NCBI GenBank assembly: GCA_965246715.1
Contig: CBDFFH010000047.1
Span: 64,001 to 128,000, forward strand
Reading direction: 5' to 3'
Length of the DNA: 64,000 bases
Source: Chamaesiphon sp.
Lineage (GTDB): Bacteria > Cyanobacteriota > Cyanobacteriia > Cyanobacteriales > Chamaesiphonaceae
The notes under the pieces: generated by a model
The model's database searches: none
Told to the model about the DNA's origin: nothing
What the model saw: only the letters and a program-made list of their open reading frames with translations
Position numbers and translations under genes: made by a program
Part shown: positions 51,395 to 62,915 of the stretch, piece by piece
Layout of the letters: each line of letters opens with the position of its first letter
How positions within the stretch are numbered: the first letter of the stretch is position 1

Positions 51395-52837
51395 ATGTCA
51401 GATTTAGTTGTATTTTGGCATCGTAACGATCTCCGCATCTCCGATAGTACTGGTTTGGCACGAGCCAGCCAGACAGATGCCAGAATCATCGGTGTATTTT
51501 GTCTCGATCCGGCAATTATCGATCGCGATGATGTCGCGCCTGCTAGGATGGAATTTTTAATCGGCAGCTTGAACTGTTTGGCTGAGGATTATCGTCGATC
51601 GGGTAGTCAATTACTCATCCTGCATCAAGATCCGACAGTTGGCATTCCACAGTTAGCCAGCCGATTGCAAGTTAAAACTGTTTATTGGCATCTGGATGTA
51701 GAACCCTACTCGCAAATTCGCGATGCTCGCGTCACTGAGGCACTCAAGCAGCACGGCATCGCCGCTCAGCCAGAGTGGGATCGGGTGTTGCACGATCCTA
51801 CCCAGATTAAAACTGGCAATAACCAACCATACAGCGTTTATACTCCATACTGGCGCAACTGGATCGGTCGATCGAAACCAGTCCCTGCAGCAGTTAAACT
51901 GCGATCGGCAGAACTGACTCCCACCGAGCAACAAGCTTTAACTCAACTCCCCGTAATCGAGCTACCAACGGCCAAAGATTTAGGTTTTATTTGGGATAAG
52001 CCGCTAATTCTAGAGCCAGGTACGAGCGCAGCAGAGCAACGGTTAGCAGAGTTTTGCGATCGAGCGATCTCGGAATACGACGAACAACGCAATTATCCCG
52101 GTGTTGCTGGTACCTCCAGACTGAGTGCGGCACTCAAATTTGGGACGATTGGCATTCGCACTGTTTGGGCGGCGACAGCGGCGGCGAAGGCTGAAGCGAG
52201 AAGCGATGAAGCGCGCGCGGCAATTACTGTCTGGCAACAAGAACTCGCATGGCGAGAATTTTATCAACAGGCGATGTACCACTTCCCCAGTCTGGCCGAA
52301 GGGCCTTACCGAGCGCAGTTAAAAAACTTTCCGTGGCAAAATGATGAAAAACTCTTTTCTGCCTGGTGTCAGGGCAAAACGGGCTATCCGATCGTTGATG
52401 CGGCGATGCGCCAACTCAATGAAGCTGGCTGGATGCATAACCGCTGTCGGATGATCGTCGCCAGTTTCCTAACCAAGGATTTGATTATCGATTGGCGGTG
52501 GGGCGAAAAATACTTTATGCAGCACCTGACCGATGGCGACTTATCTGCCAATAATGGTGGATGGCAATGGAGCGCATCGAGCGGCATGGATCCAAAGCCG
52601 TTACGCATTTTCAATCCTTATACCCAAGCCCAAAAATTCGATCCAGAGGGCGACTATATCCGTCAGTGGGTACCGGAGTTAAAGTCTGAAAATACCAGCG
52701 ATCTCCTCAGCGGTAAGATTCTCCCCCTCATTCGCCAACGGCTGGCCTATCCACAACCGATTGTCGATCACAATGAGCAACAACGGTTGTTTAAACAGTT
52801 GTATGCCAGTGTAAAAGCTGGTGCAATAGAGGCTTAG
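51395..52837 (+). CDS. phrA: Class I CPD DNA photolyase
   Basis: WHRNDLRISD, TGYPIVDAAMRQL, GWMHNR.RM, NNGGWQW. Confidence 0.92.
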   Translation: MSDLVVFWHRNDLRISDSTGLARASQTDARIIGVFCLDPAIIDRDDVAPARMEFLIGSLNCLAEDYRRSGSQLLILHQDPTVGIPQLASRLQVKTVYWHLDVEPYSQIRDARVTEALKQHGIAAQPEWDRVLHDPTQIKTGNNQPYSVYTPYWRNWIGRSKPVPAAVKLRSAELTPTEQQALTQLPVIELPTAKDLGFIWDKPLILEPGTSAAEQRLAEFCDRAISEYDEQRNYPGVAGTSRLSAALKFGTIGIRTVWAATAAAKAEARSDEARAAITVWQQELAWREFYQQAMYHFPSLAEGPYRAQLKNFPWQNDEKLFSAWCQGKTGYPIVDAAMRQLNEAGWMHNRCRMIVASFLTKDLIIDWRWGEKYFMQHLTDGDLSANNGGWQWSASSGMDPKPLRIFNPYTQAQKFDPEGDYIRQWVPELKSENTSDLLSGKILPLIRQRLAYPQPIVDHNEQQRLFKQLYASVKAGAIEA

Positions 52838-52930
52838 AGCGATAAATCCGATCGAATGTTGCTAAATTGAGACACAAACTTGATGCAGCTCGCTCGGGGA
52901 AATACATTCAATCTTCGATCGATCGCTGCA

Positions 52931-53704
52931 CTACCTCACTTCCAATATCGCTGGATGTTGAGCTGTATAACTTAGAGTACCCATAGAAGTGATGACAGTA
53001 TGGATGGGGATGAAACAAATGACCGAGTTACTATAACCGATCCCCTCTAACCCCATGACCAATTCTACATCCCACTCAATTTCTACAACCGCTCTATTTT
53101 CCTGTTGGAGTCGTGTCAGAATTTGCGATCGCATAATTCCCGGTAAAATTCCCGCATTTACAGGTGGCGTATACCAGCAACCATCACCATATCCCCAGAG
53201 GTTCCCGGTTGTAGTTTCCAGCCAGTCACCGCGATCGTTTGTCAGGATTGCTTCTTGGATATCCCGATTTCGTGCTTGTTGAAGCGCTAACCAGGGAGCG
53301 AGATAGTTACCTGTTTTGTGTTGGGGTAGCGATCGAGTATATTGTCGGTCGGCAATTATTACCGTTACACCGTCCCTTTGCCAATTAGCCAATTGTAGTG
53401 GTAACTCTCGCCCCGTAATCAATTCTCGTCCGTCAGGAAATAACGTAATTCGTAATACTGGAAACTCTGACGTTAGAGATTCCAATCCTTGTTGTAACCT
53501 TTGCCAATCTGGTTCGCACCAGCCTAACTCTCTGATACTCAATTGCAATCTCTGGCAATGTAAATTGTAAATTGCTGGAGAAAACTTGTTAGTTCTAAAG
53601 GTAGTAAAAACGGTCGCTCCATATAATAACCCTGGATCGTCAATATTTAACTCGATCGTTCGAGCGACAATTCGTTGCCCTGCGTACCAATATAGATCGC
53701 TCAC
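52931..53704 (-). CDS. Aminotransferase class IV (PabC-like)
   Basis: HKTGNY, LETTTGNLW, ILPGIMR. Confidence 0.85.
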   Translation of the reverse strand: MSDLYWYAGQRIVARTIELNIDDPGLLYGATVFTTFRTNKFSPAIYNLHCQRLQLSIRELGWCEPDWQRLQQGLESLTSEFPVLRITLFPDGRELITGRELPLQLANWQRDGVTVIIADRQYTRSLPQHKTGNYLAPWLALQQARNRDIQEAILTNDRGDWLETTTGNLWGYGDGCWYTPPVNAGILPGIMRSQILTRLQQENRAVVEIEWDVELVMGLEGIGYSNSVICFIPIHTVITSMGTLSYTAQHPAILEVR

Positions 53705-53835
53705 TTGCTAAAATAGACTAGAGTTCGAGGATATTTGCGATGACGATTATTGCAGCAAAATGGACGATCTTCAAAAAACTATTTACCGTCACTTGAAAGA
53801 TCTACATCCACTAGTCATTAGCCACTAGCCACTAA

Positions 53836-54888
53836 CTACGGACGCTCTAATTGACACTGAGACTGCCGCAGATTAAATCTGCCATTTCGATCGAAACAAG
53901 TGGGGATGCGATCGACTAATTGACCGTAATTTTCGCGCTCGAATGTTTGAACCATGCCATTCGCACCCACTTCACAAGGGCGGTTGAGACTGCATTGGGG
54001 TTGTTTTGCAGCATTATCATTGACTCCAGTATTGATAATCCCGACTACGCGATTTGTCTTCAGCGAAATCATCGGCGAACCAGACATCCCACCGACGATA
54101 CTGCAGTGATGGCGGATCGAATTTTTCCAGTTATAAACATCTTCCTTCAGATTGACTAATTCGCCAGTTTGACAGGTAGCGGCATGTAGAAAACTTAGCT
54201 TTTCTTTCACGCCAGCAGCAGGAATACCAACGACCAAAGTTGGCTCTCCCACTTGTGCTGGTCGATCGGATATCGTTAATGGTGTAATGCCAGCATTAAT
54301 TAATTCTTGTTGAGTTTTGGTTAACTCTAAGATGGCAATATCATTATTTTTCATCGTGCCATACACCATCCGTTTGACGGGAATAGTCAGTCGTTCCGCC
54401 TTGAAATCATGAAAATAATTGACGATAAAATTAGTTTTACTCGGTCGATCGACCATGATTTCCGATTCTTTCGGTAAGTCGCTTATCGTCCCCTGACAAT
54501 GCCCATTCGTCAGCACGTATGCTGGTGCGGTAGGGTGATTGCCAGTAGAGATAAAAAACCCCGTACACACGCCATAATCTACATCGATCGAACCGATCCC
54601 GTTGTATTGACGTCCGGTGGCAGCGGAAAGCATTTGCCAATTAACCCGATCGGAATTTACCTCACGATCGGGTAGTTTGCGCCCAGTTCGATCGAAAATT
54701 GCCGCATTGACACTAGCATTGGGTAAATACCCGCTCGTCCCGATCGCTAGTACTAGTCCAGTACCGGCAAGCTGAAGCGATCTCAATGCTAGACTGACTC
54801 GACTCGGGTGGCGAACGCTCGACATCCAAACCAGTGTGCCTGACGCGAGCTGCTGGCACCAGAACTTGCTAAAGTGGAGCATATTCAT
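53836..54888 (-). CDS. Trypsin-like serine protease
   Basis: LTNGHC, DIAIL, GMSGSP triad motifs. Confidence 0.88.
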   Translation of the reverse strand: MNMLHFSKFWCQQLASGTLVWMSSVRHPSRVSLALRSLQLAGTGLVLAIGTSGYLPNASVNAAIFDRTGRKLPDREVNSDRVNWQMLSAATGRQYNGIGSIDVDYGVCTGFFISTGNHPTAPAYVLTNGHCQGTISDLPKESEIMVDRPSKTNFIVNYFHDFKAERLTIPVKRMVYGTMKNNDIAILELTKTQQELINAGITPLTISDRPAQVGEPTLVVGIPAAGVKEKLSFLHAATCQTGELVNLKEDVYNWKNSIRHHCSIVGGMSGSPMISLKTNRVVGIINTGVNDNAAKQPQCSLNRPCEVGANGMVQTFERENYGQLVDRIPTCFDRNGRFNLRQSQCQLERP

Positions 54889-54917
54889 GCAAATATTTTG
54901 GCATCCTCAAGCAATCT

Positions 54918-55241
54918 ATGACGAAAACTTACACGGTTGAGATCCAACATCAAGGAGAAACTTACACGATCGAGGTTCCCGAAGACAAGCAGATTTTACG
55001 CGCTGCTGGCGCTGCTGGCTTGTATTTACCTACCTCTTGCAATTCCGGAGTTTGTACGACTTGTGCCGCTCAGGTACTAGAGGGCAAAGTCGAGCAAGGA
55101 GATGGGATGGGTGTGAGTAACGATCTGCAAGCCAAAGGATATGCGCTACTTTGTGTTGCCTACCCGCGATCGAATCTGAAAATCGTTACCGAAAAAGAAG
55201 ATGAAGTTTACGAGCTACAATTCGGGCAACATCAACGCTAA
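54918..55241 (+). CDS. 2Fe-2S plant-type ferredoxin (minor)
   Basis: CNSGVCTTC...LLC. Confidence 0.92.
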   Translation: MTKTYTVEIQHQGETYTIEVPEDKQILRAAGAAGLYLPTSCNSGVCTTCAAQVLEGKVEQGDGMGVSNDLQAKGYALLCVAYPRSNLKIVTEKEDEVYELQFGQHQR

Positions 55242-55250
55242 CTCGATCCT

Positions 55251-55973
55251 CTAGCTCTTTTCTTCCTCGCGCTCGTTGTGCAGTTCTAAACAATAACCAG
55301 CGCCATAGACTGTTTTGATGTATTTTGGCCGACGCGGATCGGGTTCCATTTTGGTGCGGAGGTGCCGGATATGCACGCGAATCGTCTCGATATCGTCATC
55401 GGGATCGTATCCCCAGACTTCGCGGAGAATATCGCTTGGCGACACCGTTTGTCCGTGGCGTTGGAGCAAGCAGTGCAATAGCTCGAATTCGAGGTGTGTG
55501 AGCTTGATTGTCGCGCCGCGCCAAATTGCCTCAAACCGCTCTGGTACTAGTGTAAGCGAGCCGTAGTTGAGAATTTCGCTATGTTTGGCGGCTTGCGGAA
55601 TCCGATCCGTTCGCCGGAGCAACGCGCGGACGCGAGCGAGTAATTCTTCGATCTCAAATGGCTTAGTCAGATAGTCATCCGCACCAGCATTAAAACCTTC
55701 GACCTTATTTTGCGTTTGACTCAGCGCGGTAAGCATCAACACGGGAATATCCGACGTGCGCTCTTCCCGCCGCAATCGCTGACAGATCGTGTATCCGTCA
55801 ACTTTAGGCAGCATTAAATCCAGCACGATCAAATCTGGCTGGATTTGGATCGCCATTGCCTGACCTTGAATGCCGTCAGGTGATTGGTTTACCTCGTATC
55901 CAGCCATTTCGAGGTTAATACAGACTATTTCAGCGATCGCTGCATCGTCATCAATGACTAGTATTCGGGGCAT
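55251..55973 (-). CDS. rpaA: OmpR-family response regulator RpaA
   Basis: [44 protein letters not shown]. Confidence 0.92.
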   Translation of the reverse strand: MPRILVIDDDAAIAEIVCINLEMAGYEVNQSPDGIQGQAMAIQIQPDLIVLDLMLPKVDGYTICQRLRREERTSDIPVLMLTALSQTQNKVEGFNAGADDYLTKPFEIEELLARVRALLRRTDRIPQAAKHSEILNYGSLTLVPERFEAIWRGATIKLTHLEFELLHCLLQRHGQTVSPSDILREVWGYDPDDDIETIRVHIRHLRTKMEPDPRRPKYIKTVYGAGYCLELHNEREEEKS

Positions 55974-56222
55974 GTGCGAGTAATCTAGTGTGAATATTTA
56001 AAAAGTTTTTTTAAAAAGTTTAGCAAAAAAAAGCTTTCTGTAAAGATTATACGCAACTGGATGAAGTGTCGCGAGTTTTTTTTGATATTTCGCAATTTTA
56101 GCTAGTGGCTAGTGGCTAGTGGCTAGTGACCAGTGACTAGTGGCTAATGAATAGGGGATAGTGGATAGTGACTAGGGATAGTGGCGGCTAATTCGTAATT
56201 TAATTCATCATTCATAATTTCT

Positions 56223-57095
56223 ATGACTTCTTCTACAGAACCGACTTGGCTGACTGTCATCCGCCTGCTGCGCTGGGACAAACCTGCGGGGAGATTGATC
56301 TTGATGATTCCAGCACTGTGGGGTTTGTGTCTGGCTGCGCGGGGCAATCCACCATTACCGTTGGTGGGTGTAATTATTTTAGGGACTTTGGCAACTAGTG
56401 CGGCGGGATGTGTGGTTAACGATTTATGGGATCGAGATATCGATCCGCAAGTGGCGCGGACAAAAAATCGGCCGCTGGCGGCGAAGTCATTGTCTGTTGC
56501 AACGGGGATTGGCGTGCTCGTCGTTTCGCTGATTTGTGCGGCAATTCTCGCCTTCTACCTCAATCCGCTCACGTTTTGGTTATGCGTAGCGGCGGTGCCA
56601 GTAATTTTATTGTATCCCGGTGCGAAACGCGTCTTTCCAGTACCGCAATTGGTGTTGTCGATCGCGTGGGGATTTGCCGTGTTGATTAGTTGGTCGATGG
56701 TAACTGCGAGTCTGGTTACCCCGACTTGGTATTTGTGGGGAGCGACGATCTTTTGGACGTTGGGATTCGATACTGTTTACGCGATGTCCGATCGCGATGA
56801 CGATCGGCGGATCGGGGTTAAGTCTAGTGCCTTGTTCTTTGGTAGATACGTAGCAGAAGCGATCGCCTTCTTTTTTACCCTGACAGTGGTTTTGTTAGGC
56901 GCGGTGGGTAAGGTGATGGCGCTCCAACCGATTTTTTGGGTAACGTTGGCACTAGCTGCTGGCTGTTGGTTGTGGCAATACCTCCGGCTCAATCGTCCGA
57001 CGATCCCACCTGCTTTTTATCCGCAGATGTTTCGGGAAAATGTCTGGATTGGGTTTGGATTACTGCTGGGGATGGTGTTAGGAATTAGGGCTTAA
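56223..57095 (+). CDS. ubiA: 4-hydroxybenzoate solanesyltransferase
   Basis: RWDKPAG, NDLWDRDID..V.RT..RPL, DTVYAMSDRDDD. Confidence 0.92.
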   Translation: MTSSTEPTWLTVIRLLRWDKPAGRLILMIPALWGLCLAARGNPPLPLVGVIILGTLATSAAGCVVNDLWDRDIDPQVARTKNRPLAAKSLSVATGIGVLVVSLICAAILAFYLNPLTFWLCVAAVPVILLYPGAKRVFPVPQLVLSIAWGFAVLISWSMVTASLVTPTWYLWGATIFWTLGFDTVYAMSDRDDDRRIGVKSSALFFGRYVAEAIAFFFTLTVVLLGAVGKVMALQPIFWVTLALAAGCWLWQYLRLNRPTIPPAFYPQMFRENVWIGFGLLLGMVLGIRA

Positions 57096-57213
57096 TATTC
57101 TGCGATCCTCACAAGTTGCTCACAATTCCCTGTTCTAATAAATGTATGGGTTATATTCTTCGCTTATAGTAGATATATCCAACACTTATCAATCGATCGG
57201 GCGAGCAGTAAGT

Positions 57214-57678
57214 ATGAACCAAATTAACTTGACAACGATATTTATTGCCGCAATTGCTGCATTGGTGCCAGTGGGAGTGCGCGCCGAAGCGCCGATGGTA
57301 CCGAGTTCGTGTTCGTCTAGAAACATCGTGATGCGCCCGATCGATCCACCCCAGCAGACTACGGTTAAAGGTCGCGTCATCAGTATGGAATATGGCAAAC
57401 AGCAACGAGTAGCTGTCAAAAACATGGTGATGTGGCTGCAATTAAAAACGGCTACAGGCGAACAGGTGCCCGTCTACGTAGGATCGAGTTGGTATCTAGA
57501 TAAGAATCATCTCCAAGTCCGAGTCGGCGATCTCCTGGAAATTCAAGGTGTCAAGACTGCTGGATCTAGTCCCCAATCAGCAATGACGATCGCGAGTACG
57601 ATTAAAAAAGGCGATCGTGTCTGGAAAGCCAAGATTCCCAACAAGCCAAATGTGGCAAAATCCTGTCAACCGATTTGA
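57214..57678 (+). CDS. Hypothetical exported protein (possibly OB-fold)
   Basis: Signal-like start MNQINL; VYVGSSWYL...GDLLEIQG. Confidence 0.6.
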   Translation: MNQINLTTIFIAAIAALVPVGVRAEAPMVPSSCSSRNIVMRPIDPPQQTTVKGRVISMEYGKQQRVAVKNMVMWLQLKTATGEQVPVYVGSSWYLDKNHLQVRVGDLLEIQGVKTAGSSPQSAMTIASTIKKGDRVWKAKIPNKPNVAKSCQPI

Positions 57679-57685
57679 ACCAATC

Positions 57686-57793
57686 TAAGTAGCTGGGCGT
57701 AATTAAATATAAAATAACATGTAGGGTGGGCAATGTTCGCCATCTAGGTTTCAGGATTTGCTGATGTTACAAATATTTGCGCCGATCTACTTA
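57686..57793. mobile_element. MITE (TAAGTAG...CTACTTA ends) containing a GTAG REP-like stretch
   Basis: Imperfect TIR TAAGTAGCTGGGCGTAA/TTGCGCCGATCTACTTA. Confidence 0.6.
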
Positions 57794-57798
57794 CATCA

Positions 57799-57970
57799 AC
57801 GTGAGTTCGGGACAAGAGTAGCCTAGAGACTGAAGTCTCTGCTTATGATGCAAAGTCCGCCTTCGCGGACTATATATCTTAGTCCGCGAAGGCGGACTTT
57901 GTTCCACTAGCCTCGATTTCAATCGAAGGCGGTGCCTGAGCGGAGCCAATATCCTTAAACCGAACTTACT
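57799..57970. mobile_element. MITE, uninterrupted inverted copy of 35837-36180
   Basis: TIR ACGTGAGTTCGG/CCGAACTTACT, flanking TACATCA direct repeat; partial copy near 30203-30265. Confidence 0.75.
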
Positions 57971-58111
57971 TACATCAACATTGGATAAATTGCTTTTAAC
58001 TTAAGGTACAGATAAGGGTTTCCCCCAAGATCTTTATGCTGTCGCTAATGAGATGCAGAACAGATCGTCTAAACTAGAATAGTATCCTCAGCCAATTATT
58101 AATCTTAGATC

Positions 58112-58903
58112 GTGTCAGACTCGCTTCAAACCTTACTTGCAGCCGTAGCTACTGGAGAGATTACACCCGATCTAGCCTTATCAAAAATTAAGTCTCTAGA
58201 GTACGAATCGATCGGTGAATTTGCCAAGATCGATCGATCGCGCCAACTCCGCACGGGTTTTCCCGAAGTAATTTGGGGTTTAGGCAAAACCCCATCACAG
58301 ATTGTCAACATCATTCAAGCGATGCGCCAACACCAATCGGTAGTGATGGCAACAAGGATTACCCCTGCAGTCTACACCGAATTGCATCGAGACATTCCCG
58401 ATTTAATCTATTATGAGATGGCGCAGATCTGCGCTCTAACGCCTGAGAATCCCATTCCTAAGCAGAGCGGCAGAATTACGATTCTCACCGCCGGAACTGC
58501 CGATTTACCTGTCGCTGAGGAAGCAGCTCGGACTGCGATTCTATGTGGATTTGAGGTCGAAAAATTATGGGATGTGGGCGTTGCTGGGATCCACCGCCTC
58601 CTCGCCAATCGCCATGTCATTGATAATGCAGACGTACTAATTGTCGTCGCGGGGATGGAAGGCGCATTACCCAGCGTCGTCGCTGGCTTAGCCGATTGTC
58701 CGGTAATTGCTGTGCCTACGAGTATCGGCTATGGCGCTAGTTTTGGCGGGATTGCGCCGTTACTAACGATGCTCAATTCTTGTGCGGCTGGTGTTGGAGT
58801 CGTGAATATCGATAATGGTTTCGGTGCGGCAATATTAGCTGGTCAAATTTTACGGACTGCGGCAAAGCTGCGATCGCCGGAATCAAAAAGCTCGGCTAGA
58901 TAA
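58112..58903 (+). CDS. larB: LarB/CpmA family protein
   Basis: RTGFPEVIWG, AGTADLPVAEEA, VAGMEGAL, VVNIDNGFGAA. Confidence 0.92.
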   Translation: MSDSLQTLLAAVATGEITPDLALSKIKSLEYESIGEFAKIDRSRQLRTGFPEVIWGLGKTPSQIVNIIQAMRQHQSVVMATRITPAVYTELHRDIPDLIYYEMAQICALTPENPIPKQSGRITILTAGTADLPVAEEAARTAILCGFEVEKLWDVGVAGIHRLLANRHVIDNADVLIVVAGMEGALPSVVAGLADCPVIAVPTSIGYGASFGGIAPLLTMLNSCAAGVGVVNIDNGFGAAILAGQILRTAAKLRSPESKSSAR

Positions 58904-58939
58904 ATAAAGTCAGAATTTTTAATTATTATCCATTTTCTC

Positions 58940-60295
58940 ATGAAAAAAGCCACTGTTATTGGGTTGGGTCGATCGGGTATTGCCGCCTCCAAACTATTAC
59001 TGAAGCATGGTTATGCTGTCACTCTCAGCGATAGTAATACCAATCCCAGTCTCGAAGCTCAACAGCAAGAATTAGCGAAAATTGGGATTAATGTTAAATT
59101 AGGCGATCGATTTACCCCTACAGAAGATCTCGATCTGCTCGTCGTTAGTCCCGGCGTACCTTGGGATATCACCCCACTAGTCAAAGCGAGAGAAATGGGG
59201 ATCGATACGATCGGTGAAATGGAATTAGCATGGCGATATCTTCAAGATATTCCCTGGGTAGCAATTACGGGAACTAATGGAAAAACCACTACTACTGCGA
59301 TCGTCAATGCGATTTTTCAGGCTGCGGGATTAAACACGATCGCGTGTGGAAATATCGGTTTTGCTGCTTGTGAATTAGCTTTGTTAGATTCAAAGCCAGC
59401 TTGGATTATTGCCGAACTAAGCAGCTATCAAATTGAGTCATCACAATCATTAGCACCACAGATCGGTGTCTGGACGACATTGACTCCCGACCACTTGTCT
59501 CGGCATAAGAATGTCGATAATTATGCCGCAATTAAAGCTAAATTACTGCGCAGCTCTCACCATCAAATCATGAATGGTGACGATCCATATTTAGATAATT
59601 TAGGTAAGTCTGATTGGCAAACGGCATGTTGGACGAGCGTAAAAGGCAAGCAAGATCTCAATGGCAATCCCGAACTCGGGATTTGGATCGAAGATAATTG
59701 GGTGATATTTAGAGGCGATCGCATCTTGCCAGCAGATTCGCTCAAAATGCCTGGAGATCACAACCTCCAAAATCTATTATTAGCTGTAGCTGTAGCAAAA
59801 TTAGCGGGGATTGAGAATAGTGCGATCGCGAGTGCCGTCGCAAGTTTCCCTGGTGTCACCCACCGCTTAGAATATATTTGCACCTATGAAGGAGTGGATT
59901 ATATCAACGATAGTAAAGCCACAAATTATGATGCCGCAGATGTCGGCTTAACGGCAGTAAAAGCACCTGTAATTTTGATTGCTGGTGGCGAAGCTAAAGA
60001 AGGTGACGATCTGGCTTGGTTGGAAACCATTAAACAAAAAGCGGCAGCAGTATTATTAATTGGAGCTGCTGCCAACCAATTTGCCGATCGATTGCAATTT
60101 GTGGGCTATCATAATTTTGAAATCGTCGAAATAATGGCAAATGCGGTCACTCGATCGATCGAACTAGCGCGCACACATCAGGCAAAAGTTGTATTACTAT
60201 CCCCCGCCTGTGCGAGTTTCGACCAGTACAGCAGTTTTGAAGCGCGCGGCGATGATTTTCGCCAGTTATGTCAAGCCATATCAAAATCAGCATAA
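58940..60295 (+). CDS. murD: UDP-MurNAc-L-Ala:D-Glu ligase
   Basis: [38 protein letters not shown]. Confidence 0.97.
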   Translation: MKKATVIGLGRSGIAASKLLLKHGYAVTLSDSNTNPSLEAQQQELAKIGINVKLGDRFTPTEDLDLLVVSPGVPWDITPLVKAREMGIDTIGEMELAWRYLQDIPWVAITGTNGKTTTTAIVNAIFQAAGLNTIACGNIGFAACELALLDSKPAWIIAELSSYQIESSQSLAPQIGVWTTLTPDHLSRHKNVDNYAAIKAKLLRSSHHQIMNGDDPYLDNLGKSDWQTACWTSVKGKQDLNGNPELGIWIEDNWVIFRGDRILPADSLKMPGDHNLQNLLLAVAVAKLAGIENSAIASAVASFPGVTHRLEYICTYEGVDYINDSKATNYDAADVGLTAVKAPVILIAGGEAKEGDDLAWLETIKQKAAAVLLIGAAANQFADRLQFVGYHNFEIVEIMANAVTRSIELARTHQAKVVLLSPACASFDQYSSFEARGDDFRQLCQAISKSA

Positions 60296-60537
60296 CGATT
60301 ATACCTGAAAGCGGCAAATATACCTGTCTGACTTTGCGATCGCTGCTATAGTAGGAAATGAGTGCGATTGATATATATATAAGAAGATAGATGCTAAGGT
60401 CGAGCTGCGCACCTAGAAAATCTGCCGAGCGGACTGGCATACTATTGTTTAAATCGGCCAACTAACAAGAAGACTACCGAAAAGCTTACGCAAAAACTTT
60501 TCATGATTTATCACTAATAATTCATAATTTCCCCGCC

Positions 60538-62484
60538 ATGTTCGACAACCTCCGCGACATCATTCGCCATTGGTGGATGGAGTTTACCCTCCAGACAAAA
60601 CTGATGGGAGCAGCTACTTTAGTGGTGTCGCTGATTGTGAGTGGCTTAACCTTTTGGGCTGTCAATACCATTCAAGCAGATGCGCGGATCAACGATACGC
60701 GCTTTGGACGGGATTTAGGGCTACTTTTAGCGGCGAATATCGCCCCGCAATTAGCAGAAAACGATCTAACTACGGTAGCGCGGTTTTCTAATCGGTTCTA
60801 TCATAGTACTTCGAGTCTGCGCTACATCCTGTATGCTGACGATCTGGGTAATATCCGGTTGGGGATTCCCTTTTCTGAGTCAGAAGTGCAAAACTCGCTG
60901 ATGATCGAGCGGCGGATACATTTACCAGAAAGCAGCGCACACAATAAAGATCTACCATTAGTTCGCCAACATCAGACTCCCGAAGGTGTCGTTACAGATG
61001 TATTCGTACCGATCGAGCATGAAGGCAAATTTATCGGGACACTAGCGATCGGCATCAATCCCAATCCTACCGTAGTTGCGTCAACTGGACTGACTAGAGA
61101 TGTGACGATCGCGGTATTCGTCTCGATTTGGGTGATGGTATTATTAGGTGCGGTATTTAACGCCCTACAAATCACTAAGCCGATTAAAGAATTACTTTCG
61201 GGGGTTAAAAATATTGCCTCTGGTAACTTCAAACAACGGATCGATTTACCGCTCGGTGGCGAGCTAGGTGAATTGATCGATAGCTTTAATGAAATGGCCG
61301 AAAAGCTGGAAATATTTGAAGAGCAAAATATCGACGAATTAACTGCCGAAAAAGCTAAACTAGAAACGCTAGTTACCACGATCGCTGATGGTGCGATCCT
61401 GATCGATAACGATTTACATATCGTCTTAGTCAATCCCAACGCGCGCCGCTTTTTTGCTTGGGATACGCTCGATCTAAATGGCACAAATATCCTGCACGTT
61501 CTACCTGGCAGCGTTTCCGCCGAACTCACTCGTCCGCTGTATCAAGTTGCCGCAGGCAAACAAGAAGGCGAAGAGTTTCGGATTACCCTAACACAACCGA
61601 TCCAGCGTACCGTTAGGATCTTAATTACTAGCGTTCTCGATACTGCGAAAGAAAACGTCCGTGCGATCGCCATGACGGTGCAAGATATCACCCGCGAAGT
61701 TGAATTAAACGAAGCAAAAAGTCAATTTATCAGTAACGTTTCGCACGAACTGAGAACGCCACTATTTAATATCAAATCATTCATCGAAACGCTGCATGAT
61801 TATGGGGACGAACTCAGCGAAGCCGAACGTAGTGAATTCCTCGATACCGCCAATCGCGAAACAGATCGCTTGACGCGATTGGTAAACGATGTTCTAGATT
61901 TATCCAAGCTCGAATCCTCGCACACATATCAATTCGATGCCGTCGAATTGGATCGATCGATCGAACAAACTTTACGGACGTATCAACTCAACGCCAAAGA
62001 CAAGGAAATCGAACTCTGTCAAGATATCGAACCCGAACTGCCAGCAGTCTTGGGTAATTACGATCTGATCCTCCAGATCCTCGCGAATCTAGTCGGGAAT
62101 GCCCTCAAATTCACTAAATCGGGTGGGAAAGTCACAATCCGCGCTCGGCGGGTACCATTGACCGCAGAACCCGGAGAAGGCAGCACTTCTGCTGTCGTCA
62201 GGGTCGAAATTATCGATACTGGGATCGGCATCGATCCTGAAGATCAACGCGCGATCTTCGATCGATTCTTCCGCGTCGAAAACCGCGTTCACACTCTAGA
62301 AGGAACTGGCTTAGGACTCTCGATCGTTCAAAATATCATCGAAAAACATCACAGTCAAGTTCACATCACTAGTGCCGTTGGTGTCGGGACTACGTTCTGG
62401 TTCGATCTTGCCATTCATCAACCGCAACTGCAACAGAAAGAAGATCTCATGCTGACAGCTTCGTCTGGAGCTGTTAACTTGTAA
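60538..62484 (+). CDS. nblS: Sensor histidine kinase NblS/Hik33/DspA
   Basis: WWMEFTLQTKLM, DTRFGRDLG, TM-HAMP-PAS-HK, RVENRVHTLEGTGLGL. Confidence 0.93.
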   Translation: MFDNLRDIIRHWWMEFTLQTKLMGAATLVVSLIVSGLTFWAVNTIQADARINDTRFGRDLGLLLAANIAPQLAENDLTTVARFSNRFYHSTSSLRYILYADDLGNIRLGIPFSESEVQNSLMIERRIHLPESSAHNKDLPLVRQHQTPEGVVTDVFVPIEHEGKFIGTLAIGINPNPTVVASTGLTRDVTIAVFVSIWVMVLLGAVFNALQITKPIKELLSGVKNIASGNFKQRIDLPLGGELGELIDSFNEMAEKLEIFEEQNIDELTAEKAKLETLVTTIADGAILIDNDLHIVLVNPNARRFFAWDTLDLNGTNILHVLPGSVSAELTRPLYQVAAGKQEGEEFRITLTQPIQRTVRILITSVLDTAKENVRAIAMTVQDITREVELNEAKSQFISNVSHELRTPLFNIKSFIETLHDYGDELSEAERSEFLDTANRETDRLTRLVNDVLDLSKLESSHTYQFDAVELDRSIEQTLRTYQLNAKDKEIELCQDIEPELPAVLGNYDLILQILANLVGNALKFTKSGGKVTIRARRVPLTAEPGEGSTSAVVRVEIIDTGIGIDPEDQRAIFDRFFRVENRVHTLEGTGLGLSIVQNIIEKHHSQVHITSAVGVGTTFWFDLAIHQPQLQQKEDLMLTASSGAVNL

Positions 62485-62546
62485 GGCGATCGTGAAAGCC
62501 TAGATCCGTAACATCGCCAGAGATATATCGATGGCTCAAGAATATA

Positions 62547-62654
62547 GTACAGCACTTCCGACAGCTATCAGGTACAGTACAAGTCCTGAAAGTTAGTCAG
62601 AGAGCAATCTAAGGATAGAAAAGAGTGTGCCTCATGACAGCCGGAAGCGCTGTA
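62547..62654. repeat. MITE-like inverted repeat downstream of nblS
   Basis: TACAGCACTTCCG...CGGAAGCGCTGTA imperfect inverted ends. Confidence 0.45.
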
Positions 62655-62915
62655 TCGAATAAGTAACTTGAGAAACAAGTTAACAAGTTAGATTATCTCA
62701 CATGCAATAATCCCGCGACAGACGACTCGATCGCATCTTTGTCCTGGGCATCGCACCGCAGATCGGGCGCAAGCATTTACAATCATATTAAGGATACCAA
62801 ATCGAGAATAATTAGCCGCGAGCGAAGCAAACAAGTTCCAAGCCGCCCTTGTGAACGGTCACAAATGCAAAGTTTTGCTGTAATCCAAAATCCAAAATCC
62901 AAAATCCAAAATCGA

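Noticed and set aside
51395..62484. Light/circadian island (photolyase, rpaA, larB, nblS)
   Set aside because: Genes are on mixed strands and interleaved with unrelated housekeeping genes
62865..62915. In-frame upstream ATG with (TCCAAAA)x4 as a phase-variation switch for gltX
   Set aside because: The conserved start MTVRVR lies downstream of the repeat, the gene is essential, and the heptamer is a common intergenic repeat
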